From Octopus vulgaris (Eukaryota): a DNA stretch of 64,000 nucleotides. Below are positions 53,330 to 64,000 of the stretch, piece by piece (the first letter of the stretch is position 1; every line of letters begins with the position of its first letter). The position numbers and the translations under genes are program-made. Location: NCBI GenBank assembly GCA_951406725.2, contig OX597818.1, forward strand, positions 558,001-622,000. The letters run 5' to 3'. Under the pieces are notes generated by a model. It was not told the origin of the DNA, searched no databases, and saw only the letters and a list, made by a program, of their open reading frames with translations.

Positions 53330-53772
53330 ACCAGTAGTATGAGTTCCAACTTTTACCGGTAGCAGAGAATAGTCAGGTGAGACTCACATGGGATATGCCA
53401 ATATATACAAAAAGCTGCAGCATAACCGACCAAATATCACTCTCCTACTGAAGGAGTCCAAAGAACGGACCTGCATCAAGATAGCTTTCCTTGCAGACCA
53501 AAACATTAAGATAGAAAATGAAAAAGTTGGGAAGTACCACAGAGCTTTAAAAGTGAGTGTAGTACCTATTGTGATCAATGCACTTGGAACCATCTCAAAT
53601 ATTCTGACATCAAAAAACTACAAATATCAAACTTTTCAGGAAGTACTGAGATAGCAGCAATACTTGGAACAGCAACTGTGCTGAGAAAAGCCTAACGTCT
53701 CTAAGCTACTGCATGAAGCTGTGACAGGACATAGACACAGACAAATCAGTTAAGTAAATAATAATAATAATA
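53330..53772 (+). mobile_element. R4/Dong-like RLE 3' fragment with (TAA)n tail, preceded by a family-A SINE piece (~53195-53325, -)
   Basis: HNRPNITLL...EKVGKY...VSVVPIVINALGTI...AAILGTATVLRKA*, then (TAA)n at ~53757. Confidence 0.78.
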
Positions 53773-55023
53773 TCTACATAAATAATTCCTTTATTAGATA
53801 AGGGGCACTACTATGCACTGTATACTTATTATATAGAGTATTGTCAATACAATACAATACCAAACACTGGTCAAGGCACACTGAGCTGTACTCAGCAATG
53901 CAGTGACAACATGCAGTGGAAATAAGATTAGTTACAAATAACAACAAAATGGTACCCTACGACTACAATTAGTACTGTGTATCTAAAAATCATACCCAAC
54001 ATCAACAAATTCTTCAAAACTACAAATGAAATTGTGATGATGCTAAAATAACTTAAACTTGGCAGAGTCTAACATTATTTCAATTGACAGCAAGGTATTT
54101 TACAAAGTTGATTTTTTATAGAATATCTTTTATTGAACCATCACACACAAGAAAAAGATAGATGTGATTTTAAATAGCTGATGAAGAGTCTCAGATTGAA
54201 TTGTCACACAGACATTATCAGAATCTCTTTAATTGAACTGTCACACAGAGGAGAGGGAAACACAAACATAGTAAAAGGGTATGTGATAAAACATATTTAA
54301 CCTGTCAATTCTAAGTCTTAATGGAAGCTCTGATTCCCCTTTTTTAGAATAAGATGGGATGAGTGAGGCAAGGTGCAACTCCTAACAGTCTTAAATGTTA
54401 AGTGCCAGTATTCCTTTTACAATAAAATAATGGTACAGATATTCCAGTGGAATAAGAACAGAATACATAGATATATTTGGGAATAAATTTATCCGTGTAT
54501 GTTTAATAACTATATAATTAACCTTGGTGTATAAATAGAGCATGCAATTGAAGACCAGCAAAGCTAAATTCTACACTGTTTCAGTACAGTTACTATGAAT
54601 GCATACATGCGAGCATGCATACATACACACACATGCGTATATATTGTTAGAGTTAACATGTTTATTTGCAATGTAAATATTTGAACAACAATAAAGTAAA
54701 CCCATTGAGATGGTGTGTTTTTTTAAAAAAAGTTTACATGTTGGCATCAATTTTCTTTTTAATCCATTTAAATTTTAGACAAGTACTAAAATATGAATAT
54801 TGGCTATATGTACTAAACTTTAAAAATATGGTGTGTACATACATACATGGTTGTGCATGTGTGTGTATACACACATACATACACACATGTGTATATATAT
54901 ATATATATATAGTAATGCCCTTAATATAAATAAATATAATTAAAAGGAAAAATTAAAAAAATTTTCCCTTATGAGGTTTTTCATACTAACTACTTGATAA
55001 TTTCTTATAAATATTTTATCCTA

Positions 55024-55063
<40 letters not shown>

Positions 55064-56339
55064 AACACGTGTTTGTTTCTATATATATATATATATACAC
55101 ACACACACATAAACACGTGTTTGTTTCTATATATATATATATATATATGGTAACACTCAAATAAAAGTACTAAACACTAGAAACACAAGCTCTATGAGAG
55201 TTGCTATTACTGGAATTATAAAATCTTACAAGAACAGAACCATAATGATAGTTTTACAAGAAATTGCTATACAGCTAGGTATATGATTGATTGCTTATAG
55301 GGGCAGAGAGATAACCAATGATCAACAAAATAGAAATATGAAAGAAAAAGGGGTAAAAATTGAAATGAAGAACTTACATAATCTTGAATTTGATGTGATG
55401 GAACTGTCAATATATATTGGTTATATTTACATTACAAGCTGTTCTTGAAACTCTCTTTTTTCAGAAAACATGGTTATTCAGAATTTGTTTGATTTAAACT
55501 AGAGATAGGTTACATAAAGGGTAACAACAACAATTGTGTAGTTTGATTACAAATTTTTGTTTGTTGTTGACTATAGTTAAAAGATCAGAGTAATAAGAGA
55601 GGCAGGCATCAAATGTTAAACAATTATATTACAAGACACATGAAACAACAAAATATCCTACATTTGAAATAATGATTATGAATTTGCAGACAACACACTT
55701 ACTTGATGGTCTATGATTGAGATGAATAGACACATTTAAAAATAATAAAGAGACTTGTGCTTGTTTGTTTTTTTGTTTTGTTTTACCTCAAGGACAATAC
55801 AAATAGATTTCATTGGCTTATTTAGCAAATGTACAGAAATGTCACAGCAAAGCAGAGAGATCAGCATTAAATTTAACATTCCAAAAAACTAGTAAGAATT
55901 CATGTCCTAACCAGAACATTTTACCAGATGAAAATAAAATATTTATAAAGAGAACAGTTTTTTAATAATACGCCCCCTGCCACACACACACACACACCGT
56001 CATTCATCCCCACCCCAAATCAGGTTCAGTCATGTTATGCTAAAATAAATAAATTCCACAAAGTGATGTGTTAAGTGATGATGTAGAAGTAAGTCTTCTA
56101 TTTCATGGATTACTCAGAAACAAGTGGGAGATGGGTGGAAGGAAAGACAACTTCTTGTGGTAGGATGTCATGCATCAAAATATCACAATATATTCGAACT
56201 GGAGATGTTATTCAAATGATGGCAGCGTGTACTCCCATTAAAGTACTTCAAGGAGCAAGGGAAGTGCAGTGGGAAACAGCATTTCAGGAATTCAAGTTAT
56301 CCTCAAACAGGAGACCTGATATGACATCCAGCACCTAAC

Positions 56340-56800
56340 GCATTGTTCACACACACACAAACCTTACATATCTAGTGGAACATGCTTGTTCCAACTCTCT
56401 CCAGCCACCTTCAGTATTCAATGTCCAAGTCTTACAACCATGCAATATTGACTTCATACACGAGCATCATACAATCTACTCTTTCATTCAAAGAGAGAAT
56501 CCCTCATTGCCAGCAAAAATAAGTTTTGTGAAAGTGTATTCTTATTCTGGTTACTGTCGGGGTACCTTCCTCCACAACTGATTATATTACCTATGTAACA
56601 AGAAGCTGTCAACTACTTCTAAGCATTGAAAAGTAAATAATCTACTGGTATTTAGACAGTTAACTACTCCTGTATATCTGTCATATACAAAGTCCTTACT
56701 CATTGTCAGCCTGCCAATGATCTCAGTACACTTGTATGCCTATAGATACCACCAGATACACAGCATACAATTCTTTCCTACGCCCTTTTTACATACCAAG
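56340..56800 (-). mobile_element. Old RTE relic
   Basis: Reverse strand AGAAGTAGTTGACAGCTTCTGTTACATAGGT and GATTGTATGATGCTCGTGTA resemble 48323-48500. Confidence 0.7.
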
Positions 56801-57374
56801 TACATTCATTTCCCTGAAAACAGCAGGGTCCTGTCTTCTTTCATGGTTATTTTTAATTTTTTAATCAATGATATTATTTCACACCAAAACTTCAAGTCAT
56901 TTTATGATCTAGCAGTTTTGAATTAAACTATATTTGCTGAAGAGGCACAAGAAGACCAAAACATGCCCTCAGTTGTCACATAGCTAGCAATAATCAAAGT
57001 CACGCATTATACATGTCTAATTTTAATTAAATTTCTGAGTTCTCTCCCTTGCTCCTTTTGAAAAGAATGTTCATTTACATTAATGGCTGTTGTTCTCATC
57101 ACAGTGTGGAATTTCACTTAATTAGAAATCCTTTGTCCCACACAGCATTAAACATGTTAGCCCACACTTAACTATTTATCCTTTATGCGAAAAGCACTCC
57201 TAGGAAATTTCCTGATAGTCTACCAGAATGTGTACCACTACATCAATTATGGCAGTCATTGTTGCTTAAACTGGAACATTCCAACTTTATAGAAATTAAA
57301 TTAAATTAAGTTTTTACAATGAATACAAAACTCAAGCTTAGAATCTGAAGTTAAGTTGGTACATAAATACTTAC

Positions 57375-57419
57375 CAAAACAGTTGAACATTTTTGTATTA
57401 TCACATGATTCTTTGTCAT
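57375..57419 (-). CDS. 45-bp symmetric microexon: (D/N/H/Y)DKESCDNTKMFNCF
   Basis: Branch-like CATTAAC and tract ACTTACTCTATTCTTTTCCAG|, donor TTG|GTAAGT, open in phase 1-1, unique sequence. Confidence 0.55.
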
Positions 57420-57918
57420 CTGGAAAAGAATAGAGTAAGTGTTAATGAATGAACATAAATCGAATTCATTTTTTATTACAATTAAATTTAAATAGATTTA
57501 TTTATATTTCATTTAAAGGTCATAAAAAGACCAGTAAAAATATTTAGCAATTTAGCAATACAAACACCTTTCTTCTGTAAATTCACAAATAAGTGCAGAA
57601 AGAATTAGTTCTAATCAACAGGTCAGAACAATAAATATAAACATTCTGAGTAAAAGAATGTGAAATACGTATTATTCAATGGAATTTTTTGAAACACTGA
57701 AATGACTCAAAAGTACTGTTCATATTATTATCAGTTTATGCGAATTTTCTTATAGAAGAATGCATTAAAAGAGTTTGTTGGGTTATATTGTTTACCAGTT
57801 GTATCTACCACACCATCAATACCACTACCAGCAACAATTACATAAAATTAACATGGAACAAGCTAGTTTTGTTTACTGTGGTTAAGCACCTTCTGGTTCT
57901 AGCAAAAATATTTTGCAG

Positions 57919-58218
57919 GAAGCTCCCCTTAGTGCTAACCACTCATGTGAAGCGAGAATAAGAAATTTTATTGTTGAAAGTATTACTTTCCCCAATTATG
58001 AACTCATAAACTCCATACAGAAAACAAGCTTTGTTCTCATATGTTTCTATGATTCTGAACCTTATTTTGATATAAACTATGTTGAAATTGGCTATAAAGA
58101 CTTTCAAGTAGCTAAAAATCTTATGAATAATTTACATGTTCCACTGAAGAGAAGTAAATATGAGATTATTCTGAGAGAAACTATTGTGCATTGTGTTAGA
58201 GTTGTGGGCTTACATTGA
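57919..58218 (+). CDS. Unassigned 99-codon ORF following a possible acceptor; candidate terminal exon or relic
   Basis: ATATTTTGCAG|GAA GCT CCC... open to TGA in AT-rich DNA. No recognisable motif, and it is on the opposite strand to the other exon candidates. Confidence 0.25.
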   Translation, partial: EAPLSANHSCEARIRNFIVESITFPNYELINSIQKTSFVLICFYDSEPYFDINYVEIGYKDFQVAKNLMNNLHVPLKRSKYEIILRETIVHCVRVVGLH

Positions 58219-59004
58219 CTATTATTCAAATTAATATGGCTAAAAGTGTGTCATTAATAGTGTCTTTCATACAAAGCTATTGACACAATTTCTTAGTAAC
58301 ATTTGCTAATAATGAAATATATTCTAGAAATAGTTATAATAGTGCCAAAAGTTAAATATATTTACTTGAAAAGAACACAAATATATATCTTCCTTGTGGA
58401 ATTATTTAGCCAGACCTGAATAATTTAAACCAGCCCTAAATGGAAAACAAAATAATGTTATTCAAATATTGTAACATCTTGGAGCATTTCATATTTAATA
58501 GTTTTTCTCTGCACCTTTTATACAACAGGAAAATATAGAAACTATATCCATGGGGAAAATAAAATCTACTCCATTTCTATGGTGCAGATGGCACAATAAA
58601 ATATACCCAGTCCATGTAGTAGTGTATTAGTAACAGGAAGAACATACAGCTGTAAAAATAAGGCAAAATGGAAGAAACTAATGAGAAGATATTGACTGTA
58701 AGATACAACACAGACAACTAGGAGGACAAGTATCTCCAAATTGATACAGTGTCGAAAGGACTCAGTAATCGTGCTACAGACCAATGATATGATAGTAGTG
58801 AGATACCATGTGACAAAGCCCTCTGCTAAGCCATGTCGAGCCAGTGTGGCAGAGTAAGCTCATCAAACCAGTGTGATCTCAAGCTCAAATGCCTATTCAT
58901 GAGACCATGGCTGGTGGAGAGAGCATGTTGAGGCCTTTGTCCTGCAGTGAACTAAACATAGGCAATCCAATCTAATCCATATCTTTCTCTCTTTTTTTTT
59001 TTTT

Positions 59005-59397
59005 CTCTTTTTACTTGTTTCAGTCATTTTGACTGCGGCTATGCTGGTGCACTGCCTTTAATTGAGCAACTCGACCCCGGCACTTATTCTTTGTAAGCCT
59101 AGTACTTATTCTATTGGTCTCTTTTGTCGAACCGCTAAGTGACGGGGACATAAACACACCAGCATCTGTTGTCAAGCAATGCTAGGGGGACAAACACAGA
59201 CACACAAACATACACGCACATACATATATATACATATATACGACGGGCTTCTTTCAGTTTCCGTCTACCAAATCCACTCACAAGGCTTTAGACGACCCGA
59301 GGCTATAGTAGAAGACACTTGCCCAAGGTGCCACGCAGTGGGACTGAACCTGGAACCATGTGGTTGGTAAACAAGCCACTTACCACACAGCCACTCC
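59005..59397 (-). mobile_element. Full-length family-B SINE with CR1/L2-type tail
   Basis: Highly similar to 31171-31596. Confidence 0.92.
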
Positions 59398-59683
59398 TTA
59401 TAAGCCATTTAAGAAACACACAAACCCATTAGATTCATTTCAACATTTAAATTTAATTTGTCAAATATTCTCATCGCTTTGAGACCACAACCTGTTCACT
59501 GACAAAATTCCGTGCTGCATTTTGTCAGTGAACAGGTCATTATAAATTAAATTTAAATGTCGAAATGAATCTAACGGGTTTGTGTGTTTCTTAAATGGCT
59601 TATAAACACGTTCCACGCTGCAAATGTTTTTGTTCCAGCACATGATCTCAGATCAGATCACTTGCTATGCAAGTACATCTCCA

Positions 59684-59690
<7 letters not shown>
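59398..59690. mobile_element. Fold-back element with nested inverted repeats, running into (TA)n; probably a Penelope-like terminal repeat
   Basis: Outer arms 59398-59459 / 59544-59605; inner hairpin 59490-59537 (ACCTGTTCACTGACAAAAT-N10-ATTTTGTCAGTGAACAGGT). Confidence 0.6.
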
Positions 59691-59721
<31 letters not shown>

Positions 59722-60629
59722 CAAGCAGTATATTACTGGTCAGAACATTACTGATTACACAGCAAAACTGACTACTCTTCAGATATGCTGACTTAAAGCA
59801 CATATTCTCTTTATGCATAAAAGACGATATGTACTTTTGGCCAGTATATCTGAAGAGACATCCATACTGCCAAGTGCAATTACTGGCGTGAAATCGTCTG
59901 CAACATTTTGTCCAGTTATTTGCCATGAGCAAATATACTGCTTGACAATGTAAAAATATAACTGCTCTATTTCTCTTTTAGAGTGTGTATTGTTTTTTAT
60001 TGATTTACAGATAACTGATGATATATGTATACCTTCACTCCTGTTCACCATTCATTAGATTTATCTCTACTTCTATCTCTCATCATCTGTTACTCTACTT
60101 TTACATTCTTATGACTACCTTCTCCCTGATGATTCACTATCCATCTCATCTGTTATGAGTATCCCATCACTACCATCTTATCTCATTCCTACCATCTTGT
60201 CTTCTTTTCAGCTACTCCTACCCATTCTTATATAATGTGGGATAGTCACGTATCTTCTCTACTGTAAGGCACTTCTGCTTGTCCTTGGCATAAAGTTACC
60301 TCTCTCCACTCTCAAATAGTCCCTGCCAAATATGTCGAGGGGGCTTTTCCCTGTTCTTGTTCTTTTCTGTTTTGCAATAACTTGGGAATCTCACCAGTGC
60401 CAGTGGTATGTATAAAGTACCCAGTACTTGCTGTAAAGTGGTTGGTGCTTGGTGCTTCGAAGGGCATCCAACCACAGAAACCATGACAAAGCTTACATAG
60501 AGCGTGTTGCAGGCCTGTAGCTCATTAGACCCTGTCAAACAATCCAACCCATACCAGCATCAAATGACAATGATGATGATGGTGATATAAGTCTCCTAGG
60601 TTTCAACACCTAGAGGCTGGCATTAACCA

Positions 60630-60810
60630 GAGATGCAAGCAAAGTGTGTAAAGATGTTTGCTAACCAGCAACATGGTTTCAGGTTCAGTTCCAATGTATG
60701 GAACCTTGTGCAAGTGTTTTCTACTATAGCTCCAGGCAACCAAATCCTTGCAAGTAGATTTGGTGGATGGAAACTGAAAGAAGCCTATGATATATATATA
60801 TATATGTGTA
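60630..60810 (+). mobile_element. Family-B SINE 5' half
   Basis: CATGGTTTCAGGTTCAGTTCC...CCTTGTGCAAGTGTTTTCTACTATAGC...GGAAACTGAAAGAAGCC(TA)n. Confidence 0.8.
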
Positions 60811-62254
60811 AGAGGAGGCGGATGAACAGCCCAGCTAAGGATGAAACTCAGAGTAGACTTAACTTTGATATATATACATCCTCTCCATTTTCTTCTGGTT
60901 TTTTTTTTCATTCTTCCTCCATTTTTCCCCTTTCAATACTTTCTATCAAAGAACATAGGTTCAAAACGTCAAAGACTTTTCCATTCTTCCTCAGTGTCGA
61001 ATTAATACACCTGCTTGTTGTTCTCTTACCTGTCTTCATCTTTTGCCTTCTGTAAATTTGAAATATATATATATATAGGTATGTGCCTATGCCCATATCT
61101 CCTTGTTTTCAGCAGCAAGGTGACTAAGAGGTAGGGTTCTCTAAGTGGTCATTCAATCATTACAGTCTAACATTTACAAAAACTTAGTAAGAACACATTA
61201 GCTAAATGTTGACTGAGGTAGACAGAGTCTCACAAAAAAAAAATGGCATGTCTGGAGTACCTTGAACCCTAAGTGTTACATGAGAACTGAGCCTGAACAA
61301 AACAACATAATTTACACCAACCTTAAAACATAATTTGTTTGAAACAAAAAAAACATCAAATAATTTCTAATCTCAACATTTTTATTTTCCTTTTTAAACA
61401 AAAAACATTAAGAGAAAAATAGTTATAGTTTTATAATTTAGAATAACAGAAACAAAAAATGGGCAAAAAGGAGCTATGAGTGAATTGCCAAAATCTATTT
61501 TTAAAGCTGTATGTATGTTACATAACTTGTTGACATAGACAGCTCTCCCTGCTGTGCTAGCTCCTTTACATCACTCACTTAAGAACTCTTCAGACTCAAT
61601 CAGCCCCTATTCATGTAACACGAGAAGGTCTCCAGGGAAGCTAGAAGACACTTTCTCCACAAATAATACAATATTAACATTTAAAGAAAATCCACATTAA
61701 AAAATAATCCCATAGAGCAATGACAGAAATCATTTCCATAATGTGTAGTTAATTAAACACTAATAATAACTCTAGACAAATAATTGAAAAGAATAGATTA
61801 AATATTTGCATTTAAATAAACATGTCCATGGAGTATGTGTCATGTCAGACAGGGACAGCTTAGAATTTACTGAATGTTTCACTTGAACAGTAGCAACAAC
61901 AAATAAATGAGCAAGCAAGCAAGCATGAGATTTCTTTTAATTGAAGGAACTTTGGTCAAATTGTGAAACACCAGTATACACAACATGATGAAAACTCTCA
62001 GATTCATTATTCTTGATATTTCAACAGCAAATGCATGTTGTGCAGCAGTCCAAGACACTATAACTGTCTGGCTACCTTCACTAATGCTACACTAATGGCC
62101 ATGTAAAATGTGGGAACTTTTTCTGCTACACCCTTTGAAATCTTCATGTGGTCAAGTGATTAGGGTGTTAGGTTTACAATCATAAAGTCATGAGTTCAAT
62201 TCCTGGATTGGACAGTGCATTATAGCCTTGAGTATGGCACTTTATATACCAATT

Positions 62255-62860
62255 CTGGTCATGTGTTGCAAATGCATGAGGACAGTTGTATGAAAAAGTG
62301 TCACACTCTAGCAGTTGAGGAAACCTGTGGAAGCAGTAAACCCAGGAAGACCTGGGATAAGGTGGTGTAGCACAAGCTTCGAACATTGGGCAATGACAAG
62401 TGACCGAGACTTTTGGAGATAGGCTGTGCTTAAGAAGACACGGCAAGCCAAGTGAGACCATAACCGTGGCCTATGCCAGTGCTATATAACCAGTCCATTT
62501 AAGAGTACCCTTCAATCACTGGACAATAAACTACACTTGCAAAGAAGTGTTGAGGCAAGTGAAATCATTGTTATGGTCGGTGACAGTACCACCTGATAAA
62601 AGCACCATTCAAGCATGATCATTGCCAGGGCTGCTGACTACCTCCCATACCCGCGGCATGTAAAAAACCACTATTCAAGTGCGATCGTTCCTGTGCAGGT
62701 GGCACATAAAAAGCACCATTTGAGTGTGGCCGATGCCAGTACCAACTGGTGGCAAGTAAAAAAAAAGCCCACTACATTCTTGTAGTGGTTGGCGTTAGGA
62801 AGGGCATCTAACTGTAGAAACTTTGCCAGATCAGATTGGAGATTGGTGCAGCCTAGTGGT
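62255..62860 (+). mobile_element. RTE LINE 3' fragment, older copy
   Basis: GGTCATGTG...GAAAAAGTGTCACACTCTAGCAGTTGAGG...CCCAGGAAGACCTGGG, UTR subrepeats, GTGGTTGGCGTTAGGAAGGGCATC. Confidence 0.88.
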
Positions 62861-62869
62861 ATTTGGAAA

Positions 62870-64000
62870 AGTTATACCCAATTTTATGAAGACAGGAAAT
62901 GTTACGTTCCTTAATGTTGTTAATAAGCGGAATTTTAACCTCAATTAGAAAAAAATTTCATTATACATAATAAACATTTTCTATTTTTATTATTGTACAC
63001 AGGTGCTGATATTAATATTTTCCAGTGTAAATTATAATTAATTCCCCCATCCTTAAGTTCCCATATGTAGCTACTTAACCCTGTAGAATTCCTCCTGTTT
63101 CTGTTTCTAAATGTATAGTTGTGATAATTAAGTCTCTGTTTCATATTGTTTTTTTTGTCACACCCACATATACCTTACTACCATATATACTCCTTTCTTA
63201 TGCAGTTATTATTAAATACACAATTATTACATATTCTACAATTACATGTTCTGCATTGCTGTACAGGGTTTATGTTGTTATACTATTATTTCTTTGGTTA
63301 TTGTTGATCCTAATAATGTTATTATTGCTTATACTATTATGATCATTAATGTTAGTACAATTACTATTATTTGCACTTCCATTGCTACTGTTTTTTTATT
63401 GTTGTTGTTGTTATTATTATTATTATTATAGTTGTTTTTATTATTTATCGTTGTATTACTTCTATTATCTTTTCTACTTAGAAGTTCAGTTTTCTATTGT
63501 TAATTGAGGTTATATGTTCGACTATATCCTATTCTTATTGTTTTGTTATTAATTATCTCCCAATATTTTTTTCCTTTTGCAAAATGTTTATTTATTAAAC
63601 TAAAAATTGCTTTTACTATGTTATTTTTGATTTGCATAGTGAAAGGGATTATTAGCCATAAAGTATCTATTTCGTTATTTCCCTTATATGGGTTACTTAT
63701 ATTATGTGTAAATTCTCTGTTATTCTTATTTTTATATTTAATCATACTCTCTTTGTTATAATTATTTCTATTATTACTAATGATTTTATTATTGTTATAA
63801 TCATTGTTGTTATTCTGTCTATCATTATTATTATTATTAATGGGTTGTCCTATCGTATTTATATTTCTTTTTTATTATTATTGTTATTTTTATATTTATC
63901 TTTGGTAGTGTTATATTTGTCTAAATTATGTGGGTTGGGGGTAGTTACTCTATCCTGACTATCATAGTTAATATTATTGGGGAGGTATTTAATTTTACCT
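62870..64000 (-). mobile_element. Penelope-like element (Neptune-type linker plus GIY-YIG endonuclease), decayed and running off the window edge
   Basis: WLIIPF...FSLINKHF...IINNKTIRIGYS linker, Cys cluster TCNCRICNNC, KVYVGVT, KQRLNYH...STGLSSYIWELK...WKIL..A..Y....KCLLC. Confidence 0.85.

Noticed and set aside
54178-54215. CTGATGA hammerhead-like start
   Set aside because: Stem II is weak, there is no GAAA box and no supporting stems.
55378-55500. Possible minus-strand exon ending at GTAAGT
   Set aside because: The only open version is 26 bp with a poor acceptor; longer versions have stops in all frames.

Overview
AT-rich eukaryotic (animal) genomic DNA that is mostly intron and repeats. 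The repeat repertoire (RTE, CR1-group, R4/Dong-like and Penelope retroelements, several tRNA-derived SINE families, kilobase (TA)n tracts) looks like an octopus/cephalopod genome; that is inference, not a search result. There are no prokaryotic features. A few small minus-strand exons with good splice sites join in frame and suggest the 3' end of an unidentified host gene (9056-9154, 5920-6014, 2531-2597), with further candidate microexons at 13871-13915 and 57375-57419. About 9 kb (29385-38395) is repeated almost identically after a 100-N gap (38496-47519), most likely an assembly false duplication. The most unusual structure is a 1345-bp non-coding TIR transposon (7316-8660, exact 8-bp TSD). 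It has long mirror-image TIRs carrying inward-ordered promoter-like motifs around a ~640-bp spacerless palindrome, making it a candidate mobile hairpin-RNA cassette. Other points of interest are fold-back Penelope-like ends, SINEs with swapped LINE tails, a PHD-type finger inside an RTE reverse transcriptase, and a DD37D (maT) transposase relic. The very long Tyr/Ile ORFs in the ORF track are microsatellite artefacts.
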